DNA from: Candidatus Improbicoccus devescovinae
Lineage (GTDB): Bacteria > Bacillota > Clostridia > Oscillospirales > Acutalibacteraceae
NCBI GenBank assembly: GCA_036245095.1
Contig: BSWA01000002.1
Location: forward strand, 2,691 to 66,690
DNA: 64,000 nucleotides
Direction of reading: 5' to 3'
Shown here: positions 36,259-46,463 of the stretch, in pieces
Position numbering within the stretch: position 1 is the first letter of the stretch
Layout of the letters: every line of letters begins with the position of its first letter
The notes under the pieces: generated by a model
What the model was told of the DNA's origin: nothing
The model's input: only the letters and a program-made list of their open reading frames with translations
Databases searched by the model: none
Translations under genes and position numbers: made by a program

Positions 36259-39200
36259 ATGTCAGCAAAAAAAGCAAAGCTTGAACTGAAGACTGACGAA
36301 ACAGTGGCATCTGATGATAATCTTGAAAGTATATATACATTTTTTGAGGGCCTTGATACCAAAAATGATAAAAAGCGTTTAAGTGAAAAAGCTAAAAAAC
36401 TTAAACGTGAATGGCAAAAAGATAAATCTAACAGCCAGACAGAAGCCAAAAGGAAAGAGAGAACCTCTGATAAAGAGTTTAGCGAATCAAATATATCCCA
36501 AAGAGCTTTGGTGTTTAGTTATAGACAACGAACATTTAAAAAGTTACTTGACGCAATGGGTATAAAAGAAGTCAAACATGATAATTCTACTAATATTGAC
36601 GCATTGACTACAGACGCAGATGACCGAACAAGTTTTAAAATCTTGTTAGACGCTATATTTGAGGAAACTCATACAATGGAGAATGAAATAAACAGCAAGC
36701 CTGACCTACGGACTGAGATGAAAAAACACGTAAATACCAAAGATGAGAAGAAAAATAAAAAATATGATAGAGAAGAAGAGGAATCTCTGGAAAGCCAACA
36801 AAAGAATGAAAAAAAGAGATTTGAAAAAACTATGAAAGAACGCAAAGAAGAATTTGAAAGACTTAATGAGATAGTTACAGAAAGAATAGAAATTAGTAGT
36901 GACCTTAAGTTAACAGATGTAATTGCAAAAGTAAATGAAAGAAGAACAAAAGAAACGAAAGAAATAAATAAAAAAAGACAAAAAGAAATGGCCAAAATAA
37001 ATGCAGATAGATTAAAAGAACGTAAACGCAATGAGATACGCAATAAACTTAAATCTATTTTCCCGTGGAACAAAAAGGAAGAGGAAGAGGAAGATGATAT
37101 CAAAGAGGATAGCCCTCCTAAAAAATTGGAATCAACTATTCCAGACATAAAAATTGATACCATTGAAAAACCTGAAAATGAAGCTGATGAATCCAAGTAT
37201 AAGGCGCATTATATGGCTACAGAAGAATTTATAGTTGATTTTTGCAATAAAATTGAAAAAAAATTTTTAGAAATAAAATCAATCAAGAAAATTTTTAATA
37301 TTAAAAAAGATCTGATAAACTGTGTTAGTTCGTACAAAGATAAATGCAAAGAAATAGAAAGATCTCAGTTAGCTAAAAAATCATTTGAAGACATCAAATC
37401 AAATGAAAAATTATATACTAATTATGGCAAAACACGAATAGATGGATTTTTACGAAATGCAAGCAATGCTTATGAATTTGGTATTCAAAATTTTTTTTCA
37501 AATTTAATTAAAGAATTAATTGGCATACATTCAGAAATTATAATCATGAAAGAAGAGCTAAATACGTCGGTAGAGAATCCTCCTGATGAATTGGATGAAG
37601 TTGATGACATTACGGATTATTTGGGTGCTAATTTACAAGCTTTCAATGAAATAGTACAATCTTCTTCTAAAAAATTAGAGGATGAAAATGCTCCAAAAGC
37701 TGATGTAGATGAAGAGCCTTCTGCCAAACCAAACGAACTAAAAAATACTCCTGCAAATATGCATGAAGAAAATGAATATCAAACGGCACGATTAGTTAAT
37801 TTGGCTACGTTTGCATCTGTGGTTGCTCCTATGTTGAACGTATCAGTGGATACAGCCAAGCCGGTGATTACCAGGGATATGAAATATAAAGCGCTATTTG
37901 ACTGCAAAGATGCAGTTAGATTCCATGAGTTAGAAACGAGGCCATGTATCGAGCAAATAGCTACTCTAGAACAATCTAAAGCAGACAAGCCAGACACCGC
38001 GACGAATGACCAAGATCAATCTCAAGCTTTACTTAAGAGGTTGGACAAAATACAAAGTAAATACCAAGAGGAAGCAAATTCAAACGAAAAAAAAGTGAAA
38101 GATTTTTTTGCTATAGTAGTAAAAAGAAGTTTAACAAAATCTAGACATCTTCACTTGTTGAAGCTATATGATGAAATTAAAAAATATCTTGATAAGACGT
38201 ATCATGAACAATTAATAACATGGTCGAAGACTGCAATTAATTCTACCAAACAGACAACTGAGGAAGATCCCAAGACTACTAGCCCAGTAGCCACCCAGCC
38301 AGCTGCCGGAAGCGTTACGCCTCCTGCTACTCCGTCTGAGCAGGTTGGACAACAGCAAGCAACAGAAAAGCCAAAAATAGATCCAACGTACATTCATTAT
38401 TTTTTACAGGAAGATACTACTCAAGTAAAAAAATTAGAAAATATATTTTTAAAATCAGACTGTGATTTTGAAAAAATTCAAGAAACCTTTGTAAAGATTC
38501 CTGCGGCTAAAGAAATGAAAAAATCAATATTAAAGATAGACGAGGCGAAAGAAACCGAACAAGAAAAATGGTTTAATAGAAATGACGTATTTTTAACATG
38601 TTTCGGGACGTTGGCTTCGGCTGCGGCAATATATTGCAAATCATCAAAAACATCTAATAAATTTGACGAAATTAAAGAAAAATATCAAGCATATCTTAAA
38701 ATTGGTGGAATCGCTGTTGAGGAGGCAATTAACCAAGTTTTTCCTCTTACTATAATCGAGCCCCAAAACCAAACACAAGAAACAACCCAAAAACCAACCA
38801 ACGAACCTCCGAAAAAACAACTTTTAGAGGAAGACTTGAAACGACATTTTGATACTCAACAAGTAGAGTTAGCACTTTTTGCCCAAAATCTATTCTCTGG
38901 TTTCAATGATGACATAAGAGACAACCTAGCCACGCAGTCTATCAGCATAGACAAAATAAAACAATCAATAGAGTCAGACAAACCAGCGAGCTCATATTCT
39001 GGCGAGTATATTACAGCTATTATGGAACAACCGACTGGTGAGGAAGCTTATAAATATGCTAAAGAAAAAGATAAAAAACATCCAAGATTATATAACCTAT
39101 CAGAACCAGCACCAAATGCTCCTGAAACAGATAAACTACCACAACCCGATGGTGAAAATAAGGCGCCGGTCGATCCACAACAGAAGACCCATATTTGCTT

Positions 39201-40395
39201 AGGTAAGCGAATATATCAGGAAGCTTTAGTCAATAATTTAAGCTTGTTTGCTGCTATTGTAGCCCGAAAATTATCGTTACCTGATGAAATTACAAATGCG
39301 AAGGATGTAAAATATAAAAAACTTTATGATATCGTATGTTATCCAAAAATATACCTTAAGCCAGTAACTAATATAATAGATAATGAAAAATCTGATGCCG
39401 ACAACGCAAAGAATATTGCTGCTATAGATAAATTTATGAAGCGTTGGGAAGCAATAATTGCAGACAGTAAAAAAGCATTATCTCAATTTATTTCTGAAGA
39501 TTTATTAAAAGAAGAAAATATAAGTGAATCGCAAGGAAAAGATATTCAAGAGCTATTTAACAAAATTAATAATCATTTAGAATCACAATATAATAAACCA
39601 GAAATTAAACCAAAGAATCAGCCTGACATAGCAAATCTTAAAAAAATGGACTTAGTCTCATATGCGTTATACTCTTGTTTTATTAATTATAGCTTACCTG
39701 AGGCAAAACAGGTTGCTAGTGGAGCCACATTTACTGACGTGATTAACACTATCAAATCTGACAGAGGAATACTAAAAGACCTGAATAATCTGATATTAAC
39801 TGAGGGTACAGATGCAGTAAATATTCTCTATAAATTAATAAATAGAAATGAAATAGTGATTGCCTATTACTTAAATGATGTATTATTTTCTGCTATCAAT
39901 GCTAGAGAAAAAAATGATAATTTTATTAAAACAAAAAAAGATTTCAATGAAAAATACGAGGCCTTAATGTTACAACGAATAAAATACAAAACGCAAAAGA
40001 CAGAACAATTAGAACTCATGTTTGAACAAATAGCATTAGAAATAGACGATATACAGGCTCGCAAAGAAACTACGGCTGGAACCTGCGCACCAGGCGACTC
40101 CTATACCCCATATATAACAATATTTAATCAAATAACCAATTTTTGGAATGAAATAACAAACAAAGAAGATAACCTGGTAACAACAACTAATCGTCCTGAT
40201 ACTAAAATAAAACATTATTTTAATACAGAATTTATAAATGAAATAAATAAAGAAGAAAAAGCTGAGAAAATATATGAACTCATAAAAGCAAAAAAACATG
40301 CATCAAAATTAGAAATCATTAGTAAACTGTTAACAGAACTAGAAAAAAAGAAAACTGCGGCAGCAGATACTCAGAATCCACCTCCTAGCACTTAA
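36259..40395 (+). CDS. giant K/E-rich, largely helical lineage-specific protein (1378 aa) with an internal module duplication
   Basis: AGGAG RBS and a 4.1-kb ORF. Two divergent modules (..ARLVNLATFASVVAPML..DMKYKALFD.. and ..EALVNNLSLFAAIVARKL..DVKYKKLYD..). Short Pro-rich linkers. Confidence 0.8.
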   Translation: MSAKKAKLELKTDETVASDDNLESIYTFFEGLDTKNDKKRLSEKAKKLKREWQKDKSNSQTEAKRKERTSDKEFSESNISQRALVFSYRQRTFKKLLDAMGIKEVKHDNSTNIDALTTDADDRTSFKILLDAIFEETHTMENEINSKPDLRTEMKKHVNTKDEKKNKKYDREEEESLESQQKNEKKRFEKTMKERKEEFERLNEIVTERIEISSDLKLTDVIAKVNERRTKETKEINKKRQKEMAKINADRLKERKRNEIRNKLKSIFPWNKKEEEEEDDIKEDSPPKKLESTIPDIKIDTIEKPENEADESKYKAHYMATEEFIVDFCNKIEKKFLEIKSIKKIFNIKKDLINCVSSYKDKCKEIERSQLAKKSFEDIKSNEKLYTNYGKTRIDGFLRNASNAYEFGIQNFFSNLIKELIGIHSEIIIMKEELNTSVENPPDELDEVDDITDYLGANLQAFNEIVQSSSKKLEDENAPKADVDEEPSAKPNELKNTPANMHEENEYQTARLVNLATFASVVAPMLNVSVDTAKPVITRDMKYKALFDCKDAVRFHELETRPCIEQIATLEQSKADKPDTATNDQDQSQALLKRLDKIQSKYQEEANSNEKKVKDFFAIVVKRSLTKSRHLHLLKLYDEIKKYLDKTYHEQLITWSKTAINSTKQTTEEDPKTTSPVATQPAAGSVTPPATPSEQVGQQQATEKPKIDPTYIHYFLQEDTTQVKKLENIFLKSDCDFEKIQETFVKIPAAKEMKKSILKIDEAKETEQEKWFNRNDVFLTCFGTLASAAAIYCKSSKTSNKFDEIKEKYQAYLKIGGIAVEEAINQVFPLTIIEPQNQTQETTQKPTNEPPKKQLLEEDLKRHFDTQQVELALFAQNLFSGFNDDIRDNLATQSISIDKIKQSIESDKPASSYSGEYITAIMEQPTGEEAYKYAKEKDKKHPRLYNLSEPAPNAPETDKLPQPDGENKAPVDPQQKTHICLGKRIYQEALVNNLSLFAAIVARKLSLPDEITNAKDVKYKKLYDIVCYPKIYLKPVTNIIDNEKSDADNAKNIAAIDKFMKRWEAIIADSKKALSQFISEDLLKEENISESQGKDIQELFNKINNHLESQYNKPEIKPKNQPDIANLKKMDLVSYALYSCFINYSLPEAKQVASGATFTDVINTIKSDRGILKDLNNLILTEGTDAVNILYKLINRNEIVIAYYLNDVLFSAINAREKNDNFIKTKKDFNEKYEALMLQRIKYKTQKTEQLELMFEQIALEIDDIQARKETTAGTCAPGDSYTPYITIFNQITNFWNEITNKEDNLVTTTNRPDTKIKHYFNTEFINEINKEEKAEKIYELIKAKKHASKLEIISKLLTELEKKKTAAADTQNPPPST

Positions 40396-40435
40396 TTGAA
40401 AATTTTATTTAATTAATAATAAAAAAAGGTGGTGA

Positions 40436-41380
40436 ATGAAAGTGGGGAATTATATTTTATTGAATTTCAAAAACATCTTAAAATATTTGAATAAATTATT
40501 AATAATTGTTTTCATAGTTTTATTTTTAAATTGCAACGCTAGATTAATATCTAGTCATAGTAATATTCCAAATATTAAAAAAGTATTAAGCCGAGCTGTA
40601 GACCTTGAAGATGCTGAACAGGAAGAAGAATTGGATGATACCGTCGAGACGGCTGAAACTGATTATGTAAAACTTTGTATATCATTGACATCAAAATCAG
40701 CGCAAAATATTTTAAGACTTGTTTCTTCAGAAAAATTAAAAAAATTTGAAGATATTTTTGTTGAAAATTATAAAATTTTAATTGACTTAAAATTAGAAGA
40801 ACGACTTCTATCGGCTTTAGCTGATATAATTTTCTTACAAACTGTTGCTAACAACGATTTATTTCCATCAGAAGATTTAAGTTCAAATTCACAAAAAACC
40901 ATAGCTTTGGCTTTAAAAACCATTAATTCTAACGAATTAGAAAAATATAGTACCGATGATTATGATGCATTTATAAACGATTCTGAAGATTTTGGCAATT
41001 CCGGTAAAAAAACCGGGAAATGTCTCCCTGAAAATGTCGTATTTTTTGGTAAAAAATTAACTCTTAAAAATGCACCTGTTACCTATGATAAAAACGTTTT
41101 ATTATCTATAGATGATATTTTAAATCTAACTGATGGAACTGCAACTTACATGACTCAGAATCCTACTATAGTTTTAAAAATCCCCCAAATAGGAACTCTA
41201 GAAATAGAAAGCGGAAGTACCGTAGCTTATGTAAATGACAAAGAAAAATCTATTCCTCCTATTTTAAATATTAACGGTAAAATTTATCTTCCGGGCGAGG
41301 CTACCTTGAATTTATTAGGATTAAAATCAATTTCTATTCCTACAGTTCCGGCACTAGTTATTTATAAATATTTGAGTTGA
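40436..41380 (+). CDS. membrane-anchored/secreted protein with C-terminal copper-amine-oxidase-N-like (stalk) domain
   Basis: N-terminal hydrophobic segment LLIIVFIVLFLNC. C-terminus VFFGKKLTLKNAPVTYDKNVLLSIDDIL...VAYVNDKEKSIPPILNINGKIYLPGEATLNLLGL matches the repeat pattern of that domain. Confidence 0.55.
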   Translation: MKVGNYILLNFKNILKYLNKLLIIVFIVLFLNCNARLISSHSNIPNIKKVLSRAVDLEDAEQEEELDDTVETAETDYVKLCISLTSKSAQNILRLVSSEKLKKFEDIFVENYKILIDLKLEERLLSALADIIFLQTVANNDLFPSEDLSSNSQKTIALALKTINSNELEKYSTDDYDAFINDSEDFGNSGKKTGKCLPENVVFFGKKLTLKNAPVTYDKNVLLSIDDILNLTDGTATYMTQNPTIVLKIPQIGTLEIESGSTVAYVNDKEKSIPPILNINGKIYLPGEATLNLLGLKSISIPTVPALVIYKYLS

Positions 41381-41530
41381 AATCGGTTTAATTTATTTTT
41401 ATGTTCAAAATTTCAAAAGGTGCTTAATAATATTTTTGCGATTTATTACTAGTTTATTAAATTATTATAATTAAATTTTATATATTCATACAAAAATATT
41501 TAAAATTCGCATTGTTTGAAATTTTTACCG

Positions 41531-41559
41531 TTGACATTTCAGGCTTTAAATTATAAAAT
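41531..41559 (+). promoter_or_regulatory. sigma-A-type promoter candidate for the M16 peptidase gene
   Basis: TTGACA, 17 nt, TAAAAT, about 70 nt upstream of ATG 41629. Confidence 0.4.
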
Positions 41560-41628
41560 TTGAAATATAAAATACAATAAAGAATATTTCTCAATCTTAA
41601 AATCTTATTAAAGGGACTGTAAAATATT

Positions 41629-44600
41629 ATGAAATTTAAAAAAAACATAGCTTTTTTACTAGTTATACTGAACATTTTTATTTGTTCATTTAAACCCGAA
41701 GTATCAGCGATAAGAAAAATAAAAAACATTACTTTATTCAATCAAGTTTGCAGCATCCCGAAAGAGGCCCATGGCTTTATATCAACCAAGCAATTACAAT
41801 ACAAAAATACACAAGTATTTCATTATATTCATGCCAAATCAGGAGCAAATTTAGTATTCCAAAAAAACAATAATATTAATAAAGTTATAGAATTTAATTT
41901 TAAGACGCCGCCAAAAGACAATACTGGCGTTAATCATGTATTAGAGCATTCTTTGTTAGAAGCTAATCAACGGTATCCAGGTTTTTTCAAATTACATGAC
42001 TCAGCGTTTTCCACTAAATTAAATGCATGTACGTCTCTAACTAATACATTCTATACTGTTTCAAGTCTTGACGAAGATGAGGCGAATTCACTTGCTAAAA
42101 TTTACATGAGTTATATTTTCGAGCCTTCTATTTTAAATAACGATAAAGCATTTAAGCAAGAAGGCATCCGGTTCGAGCTCGATGAAAATGGAAAATTAAA
42201 AGCCAACGGCATTGTATTTAATGAAGTAAATGATTCATCATACCTAGAATTAATGAAGCGTCTTGAGTTTTTCTATCCTGATACTCAAACCAAATTTTTT
42301 TCCGGAGGAATTTCTTCGGAATTAATGGATCTCACATATGAAGAGTTTCTAGATACATATAAAAAATTTTATCATCCTGCGAATTGTCTGATTACTATTA
42401 CAGGAAACTTGAATATAGAAAAAACTTTGAAATGGCTTTCAGAGGATTATTTGAATAATTTCGAAAAACAAGATTTCAATGCTGAAAATGTTAAATTCAT
42501 CGAACAGAATCCTGTAAAAACAGAGGATAATAATTATAAAGTAATTGACTTGTATCGAGCATCAGGTGATATTAATTGGTGCGATGTGTGGTATATATTA
42601 AACAGGGATTTACCAGTATATTCCCTCGCCAGCTATGAAACTTTAAGCAATATTATATCGGATCCAAATTCTGAAAGAAATAAAAAATTAAGAGACGATG
42701 GGTGGACAGATATTCAATCTGACGTTTATAATTTTTGTTTTTATGAACCAGTATTTCATGTTGTTTTATCTACAAATAATTCCAAATTATTAACAAAAGA
42801 AAATATTAAAAAAACTATAGACGAGATCTTATATACACCGTTTACAACTGCCGTTATAGATAAATATTTGGATAACGATGACTTTTTGAGCGAGATTAAG
42901 AAAAAAACTTTAATATATGATGAAAGTATTAAAAACGATTACTTGCGGTATTCATGGCTTAGATCTAATGATCCAATTTCTAATAAAATATTTAATATAA
43001 CAGGTGATAAACTTGATTTAAATTATGACAAAGACACTGTCCATCAGATGTTGGGTTCTGTCGAAAAAATTTTACCCAAAGAGCGGCATGCAATATTAGT
43101 ATCAAATTATAAAGATGATTTCAGCTTAAGTGATGAATATAGAATTAGAGAAAAATTGAACAAATTAGAGGATAAAAAAAATGAAATAATCATAGAAAAA
43201 CAAATACCAGAACATAAAACTGCCTCGAGTTTTGGTAGCATGCTTAAAAAGATATCTGATCTAGATATTCAAAAATTAAGCTGTAACGTTATCGAAAAAA
43301 CAGTAAATAATAAAAAATGCCATTTTGCTTTAGAAGATATTTCTGACTTAATTGTCTGTGAGTTAATGTTTAAAATTAATAATTTGTCGGATGAAGATAT
43401 AAAGTATATGTATCTTCTTTTGGAAATATTTAATAGTAATGATAGTTCGGATTGTACAAGAAGTGAAATTGAAAATATGAAAAGTCAAAATATAATTACA
43501 TTTTTTGGTCTTGACGCTACTACAAATATTAAATCTGAACAAAATGCATTTGCAAATATGGGGTTTATTACTACTAAAGAAAAATTAGAACAAGCCTTTT
43601 TCTTAATGAATACACAAACATTTAATATTAAATTCGACAATAAAGACACTATAAAAAAATGGGTTACTCAGATTTTAAATAATATCAATGAAAACAAATC
43701 ACAGTTTAATTATTCTCAATTTATAAATAGCCAGAAATTAAATTCGCAGTCGTTTTTATGTAGATTTAATACTGAAGAAATTACATTTTTTTTAAAAAGT
43801 ATTTTGGAAAATATAAATGATGAGAAGTTTTTGAGTTATTTGACTAAAAAATTAGAACAAACTTTTAATAATTTATTTAATAAAACAACTTTAGAATCAT
43901 TTGCAGTTATCTGTGCACAGGAAAATTGTGACGAAGTTTCAAATTCTATTGAAAAATTTATAAATTCACTAGATGATGTTCCAGAAAATATTTATAAAAT
44001 AATTAAAGAAAAAAACAATAAACCTTTAGAATTACCGAATAAATTCAAGCACAAAAAAATAGCAATTATCAACAAAAATTTCGATGCCAATAAGGTCGCG
44101 ATGTATTTAGACATAAACTGTAAAGATCACTCAGCCGAATTAGAATGCCTATGTGAATATATAACGGATTACTTTCTATATAAAGAAATTCGCGTTAACA
44201 ATGGTGTTTATCATACGCACATGAGATACAATGTGTTTGATAACAATATCGAGATTAAAATGCAAAATGGCCAAAATTTAAAAGAAACTTTGAAAACTTT
44301 TGGAGAAATTATGAATTTTTTGAAGACCAATGAAATAACTCAAGAGGCTATAGAAGGTATTAGTAAGAAAAAATTAAGCTCATCATTCATAACTTCTAAG
44401 CTTGCGATAAGTAGTCAGGTGTTAGGTAGTAAAATTTGTCAGGGATTAAATTTTTGTGATTATTTAAATAATCATATAGAAAGTTTCAAGCATATGACAG
44501 TTGAAAAAATAAAATCTGTCATTCCCATTCTAGAAGCAGCCTTTAATCAACCTACAGTAGGTGCGCTATTCACTCAAATAACCGATAATGACAAAGAATT

Positions 44601-44631
44601 ATTCGATGAAATCATAGACGATAATAGATAA
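41629..44631 (+). CDS. M16-family (insulinase/pitrilysin-like) zinc metallopeptidase, 1000 aa, with signal peptide
   Basis: Inverted zinc motif HxxEH (GVNHVLEHSLL). Size and layout resemble PreP-type M16C proteins. N-terminal signal-like segment. Confidence 0.75.
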   Translation: MKFKKNIAFLLVILNIFICSFKPEVSAIRKIKNITLFNQVCSIPKEAHGFISTKQLQYKNTQVFHYIHAKSGANLVFQKNNNINKVIEFNFKTPPKDNTGVNHVLEHSLLEANQRYPGFFKLHDSAFSTKLNACTSLTNTFYTVSSLDEDEANSLAKIYMSYIFEPSILNNDKAFKQEGIRFELDENGKLKANGIVFNEVNDSSYLELMKRLEFFYPDTQTKFFSGGISSELMDLTYEEFLDTYKKFYHPANCLITITGNLNIEKTLKWLSEDYLNNFEKQDFNAENVKFIEQNPVKTEDNNYKVIDLYRASGDINWCDVWYILNRDLPVYSLASYETLSNIISDPNSERNKKLRDDGWTDIQSDVYNFCFYEPVFHVVLSTNNSKLLTKENIKKTIDEILYTPFTTAVIDKYLDNDDFLSEIKKKTLIYDESIKNDYLRYSWLRSNDPISNKIFNITGDKLDLNYDKDTVHQMLGSVEKILPKERHAILVSNYKDDFSLSDEYRIREKLNKLEDKKNEIIIEKQIPEHKTASSFGSMLKKISDLDIQKLSCNVIEKTVNNKKCHFALEDISDLIVCELMFKINNLSDEDIKYMYLLLEIFNSNDSSDCTRSEIENMKSQNIITFFGLDATTNIKSEQNAFANMGFITTKEKLEQAFFLMNTQTFNIKFDNKDTIKKWVTQILNNINENKSQFNYSQFINSQKLNSQSFLCRFNTEEITFFLKSILENINDEKFLSYLTKKLEQTFNNLFNKTTLESFAVICAQENCDEVSNSIEKFINSLDDVPENIYKIIKEKNNKPLELPNKFKHKKIAIINKNFDANKVAMYLDINCKDHSAELECLCEYITDYFLYKEIRVNNGVYHTHMRYNVFDNNIEIKMQNGQNLKETLKTFGEIMNFLKTNEITQEAIEGISKKKLSSSFITSKLAISSQVLGSKICQGLNFCDYLNNHIESFKHMTVEKIKSVIPILEAAFNQPTVGALFTQITDNDKELFDEIIDDNR

Positions 44632-44638
44632 AAATCTT

Positions 44639-44745
44639 GATAGTGTGTCTACACAATAATCTTAAACTATTGGAAAATTGAAGCAATCGGAACTTCACCT
44701 CGAAAAGAAGAAGTCATTTTTGTATATCGCCAGGCTACATTTTCT
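44639..44745 (-). mobile_element. IS-B right-end remnant
   Basis: GATAGTGTGTCTACACAA followed by the reverse complement of the IS-B 3' region (compare 17400-17503). Confidence 0.6.
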
Positions 44746-44987
44746 ACAATGAGACAAGTATTTATAAGCCGACATTGAGAATAATTTTTGTTAAACTTAA
44801 CTAAATTATTATCTTTTTTGAGCCTAATAATTGCCAAATAACTCATTTTTTATTTTTTCTGGGATTTTTATATGCCCAATTAATTTAATTTGATAATCTT
44901 TCATAAAGTGCTGTGATTTTTTGTAAATTATTATTTAATATTGTAACAAACTTCTTCAGTGAGTTACAGTGAAACCAACAATATTTA

Positions 44988-45199
44988 CACTCTTAGATAT
45001 TCTAAAAAGTCATCAAAACCATTTCTTCCACAGACAGCTTATTTTTTCGGCCGCCTCTAGCTTTTTTATCTGGTGAGCGACTTCTACGATTTCTATCATT
45101 TTTTTAAAGGTTTCTTTTTTGACTCCTGTGAGTCTTCTAAATTTTTTTTGTTCCATATTTCATATTCTAACTTATTTTTTAAGTTTGGAAAGAAGTCTA
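44988..45199 (-). mobile_element. IS-C left-end fragment
   Basis: Matches 2930-3143 of IS-C copy 1 and ends TAAGTTTGGAAAGAAGTCTA at 45199. Confidence 0.7.
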
Positions 45200-45700
45200 G
45201 TGAAAAAAGCTTATATAAAAGATTTGATGATTAAAAATGTCATGCCAATTCTAACTGTCGATAAAATCGATGAAATCGCCAAAAAGATTTGCGACCTCTC
45301 TAAAGAAAGAAAGTAACATAGATGTTCTTACAATACTTAAAAAGAAAATACGCGAAAATGAAACTGCAACAGAAAATTTAATAAAAGCTCTTGAATCAGG
45401 AAACGCCATCGAAGTCATTTCTGCTCAAATCGAAAAAAGACAACTTGAGAAACAAAATTTAGAAGTTCAACTTGCGAGAGAAAAAATCCTGAAATCTCAA
45501 CTCAAATTTGAACAAGTTAAATTTTTCTTTAGCAGATTTTAAAAAGGTAATGTCAATAACATAAATTTTCGCCGTTCTTTGATAGATACTTTTATCAATA
45601 AAATTCACCTGTATGACAGTAAACTTCATATCTTTTGCAATGCTCAAGACTCCAAAGTAGAAATGCCATTAGATAAACTTAAGAGTTCGTCTAATGGCTG
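45200..45700 (+). pseudogene. C-terminal remnant of a second large serine recombinase (5' truncated by IS-C, at least 2 frameshifts)
   Basis: Three frames together read ..ILKKKIRENETATENLIKALESGNAIEVISAQIEKRQLEKQNLEVQLAREKI.. / ..NFRRSLIDTFINKIHLYDSKLHIFCNAQD... This is the coiled-coil and tail typical of large serine recombinases. Confidence 0.6.
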
Positions 45701-45702
45701 TG

Positions 45703-45793
45703 TGGTGGAGAGACGGGGATTTGAACCCCGGAAACTGTTTTGCAGTTTATATGATTTCCAATCATACTCCTTCGGCCACTCGGACACCTCTCC
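45703..45793 (-). tRNA. tRNA-Ser (anticodon GGA), long variable arm, CCA encoded
   Basis: Reverse complement GGAGAGGTGTCCGAGTGG...TATGA-TTGGAAA-TCATA...CGGGG-TTCAAAT-CCCCG-TCTCTCC-A-CCA folds as a class II tRNA. Confidence 0.9.
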
Positions 45794-46251
45794 ATATAAC
45801 ATTTATATTTCGATGATTATGCCTGTCTCTTAACTTAATTTTTAACCCAATATCAACTTGATTTAACTAAATTTTAATTTAAAATTTATATAAATCTGAT
45901 ATTAATTTAAAATTTTCATCATCCAGAATTTGTATCTTTTCAAATTTAGCCATATGATTATTATAATATGATATTCTGAAAATGATAGTAGACAGGTCTA
46001 TTATATGTTTTATTATAAAAACTTATACCGGTTAAAACATATAATAGCACTTCCAAACAAAATAGAAATAGTAGACTTATTTCGGAACCGTAATATAACA
46101 ATAAATACTGTCAAAGTATAATAGACCTATTCTAAACCTAAACCATTAACTCATAATTACAAATACCAGAAATAAGCAATACACGAAGTAAATGTTTTTT
46201 TCTATTTGTTTACGATAACTATACTTTAATATTTTAAGTCTTTTTATGCAA

Positions 46252-46399
46252 TAGACATGTCCTAAAATTGAATTATTTTTGTAAATTTCGAGGAAAAATG
46301 AGCACAGAAGCGTGTAGCATACTAGTTGTATGTGAGCAGGTTCGAGCACCGTATTGACGATGAAATTTGCAAAAATAATTCAATTTTAGGACATGTCTA
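46252..46399. mobile_element. MITE copy (148 bp, best preserved)
   Basis: 37-bp terminal inverted repeats TAGACATGTCCTAAAATTGAATTATTTTTGTAAATTT / AAATTTGCAAAAATAATTCAATTTTAGGACATGTCTA around a conserved roughly 70-bp core. Confidence 0.85.
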
Positions 46400-46463
46400 T
46401 GTCACATGATTTATTTTACACTATTTTTTCGGGTTCACAAGAGACCCTATTATTTAGAAATTT

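Noticed and set aside
36669-37196. Antisense or alternate-frame ORFs inside the giant genes (36669-37196, 4406-4777, 7692-8192, 32448-32762 and similar)
   Set aside because: These are low-complexity mirror images of Lys/Glu- or Pro-rich coding repeats. They are fully embedded in much longer ORFs that have good RBSs.
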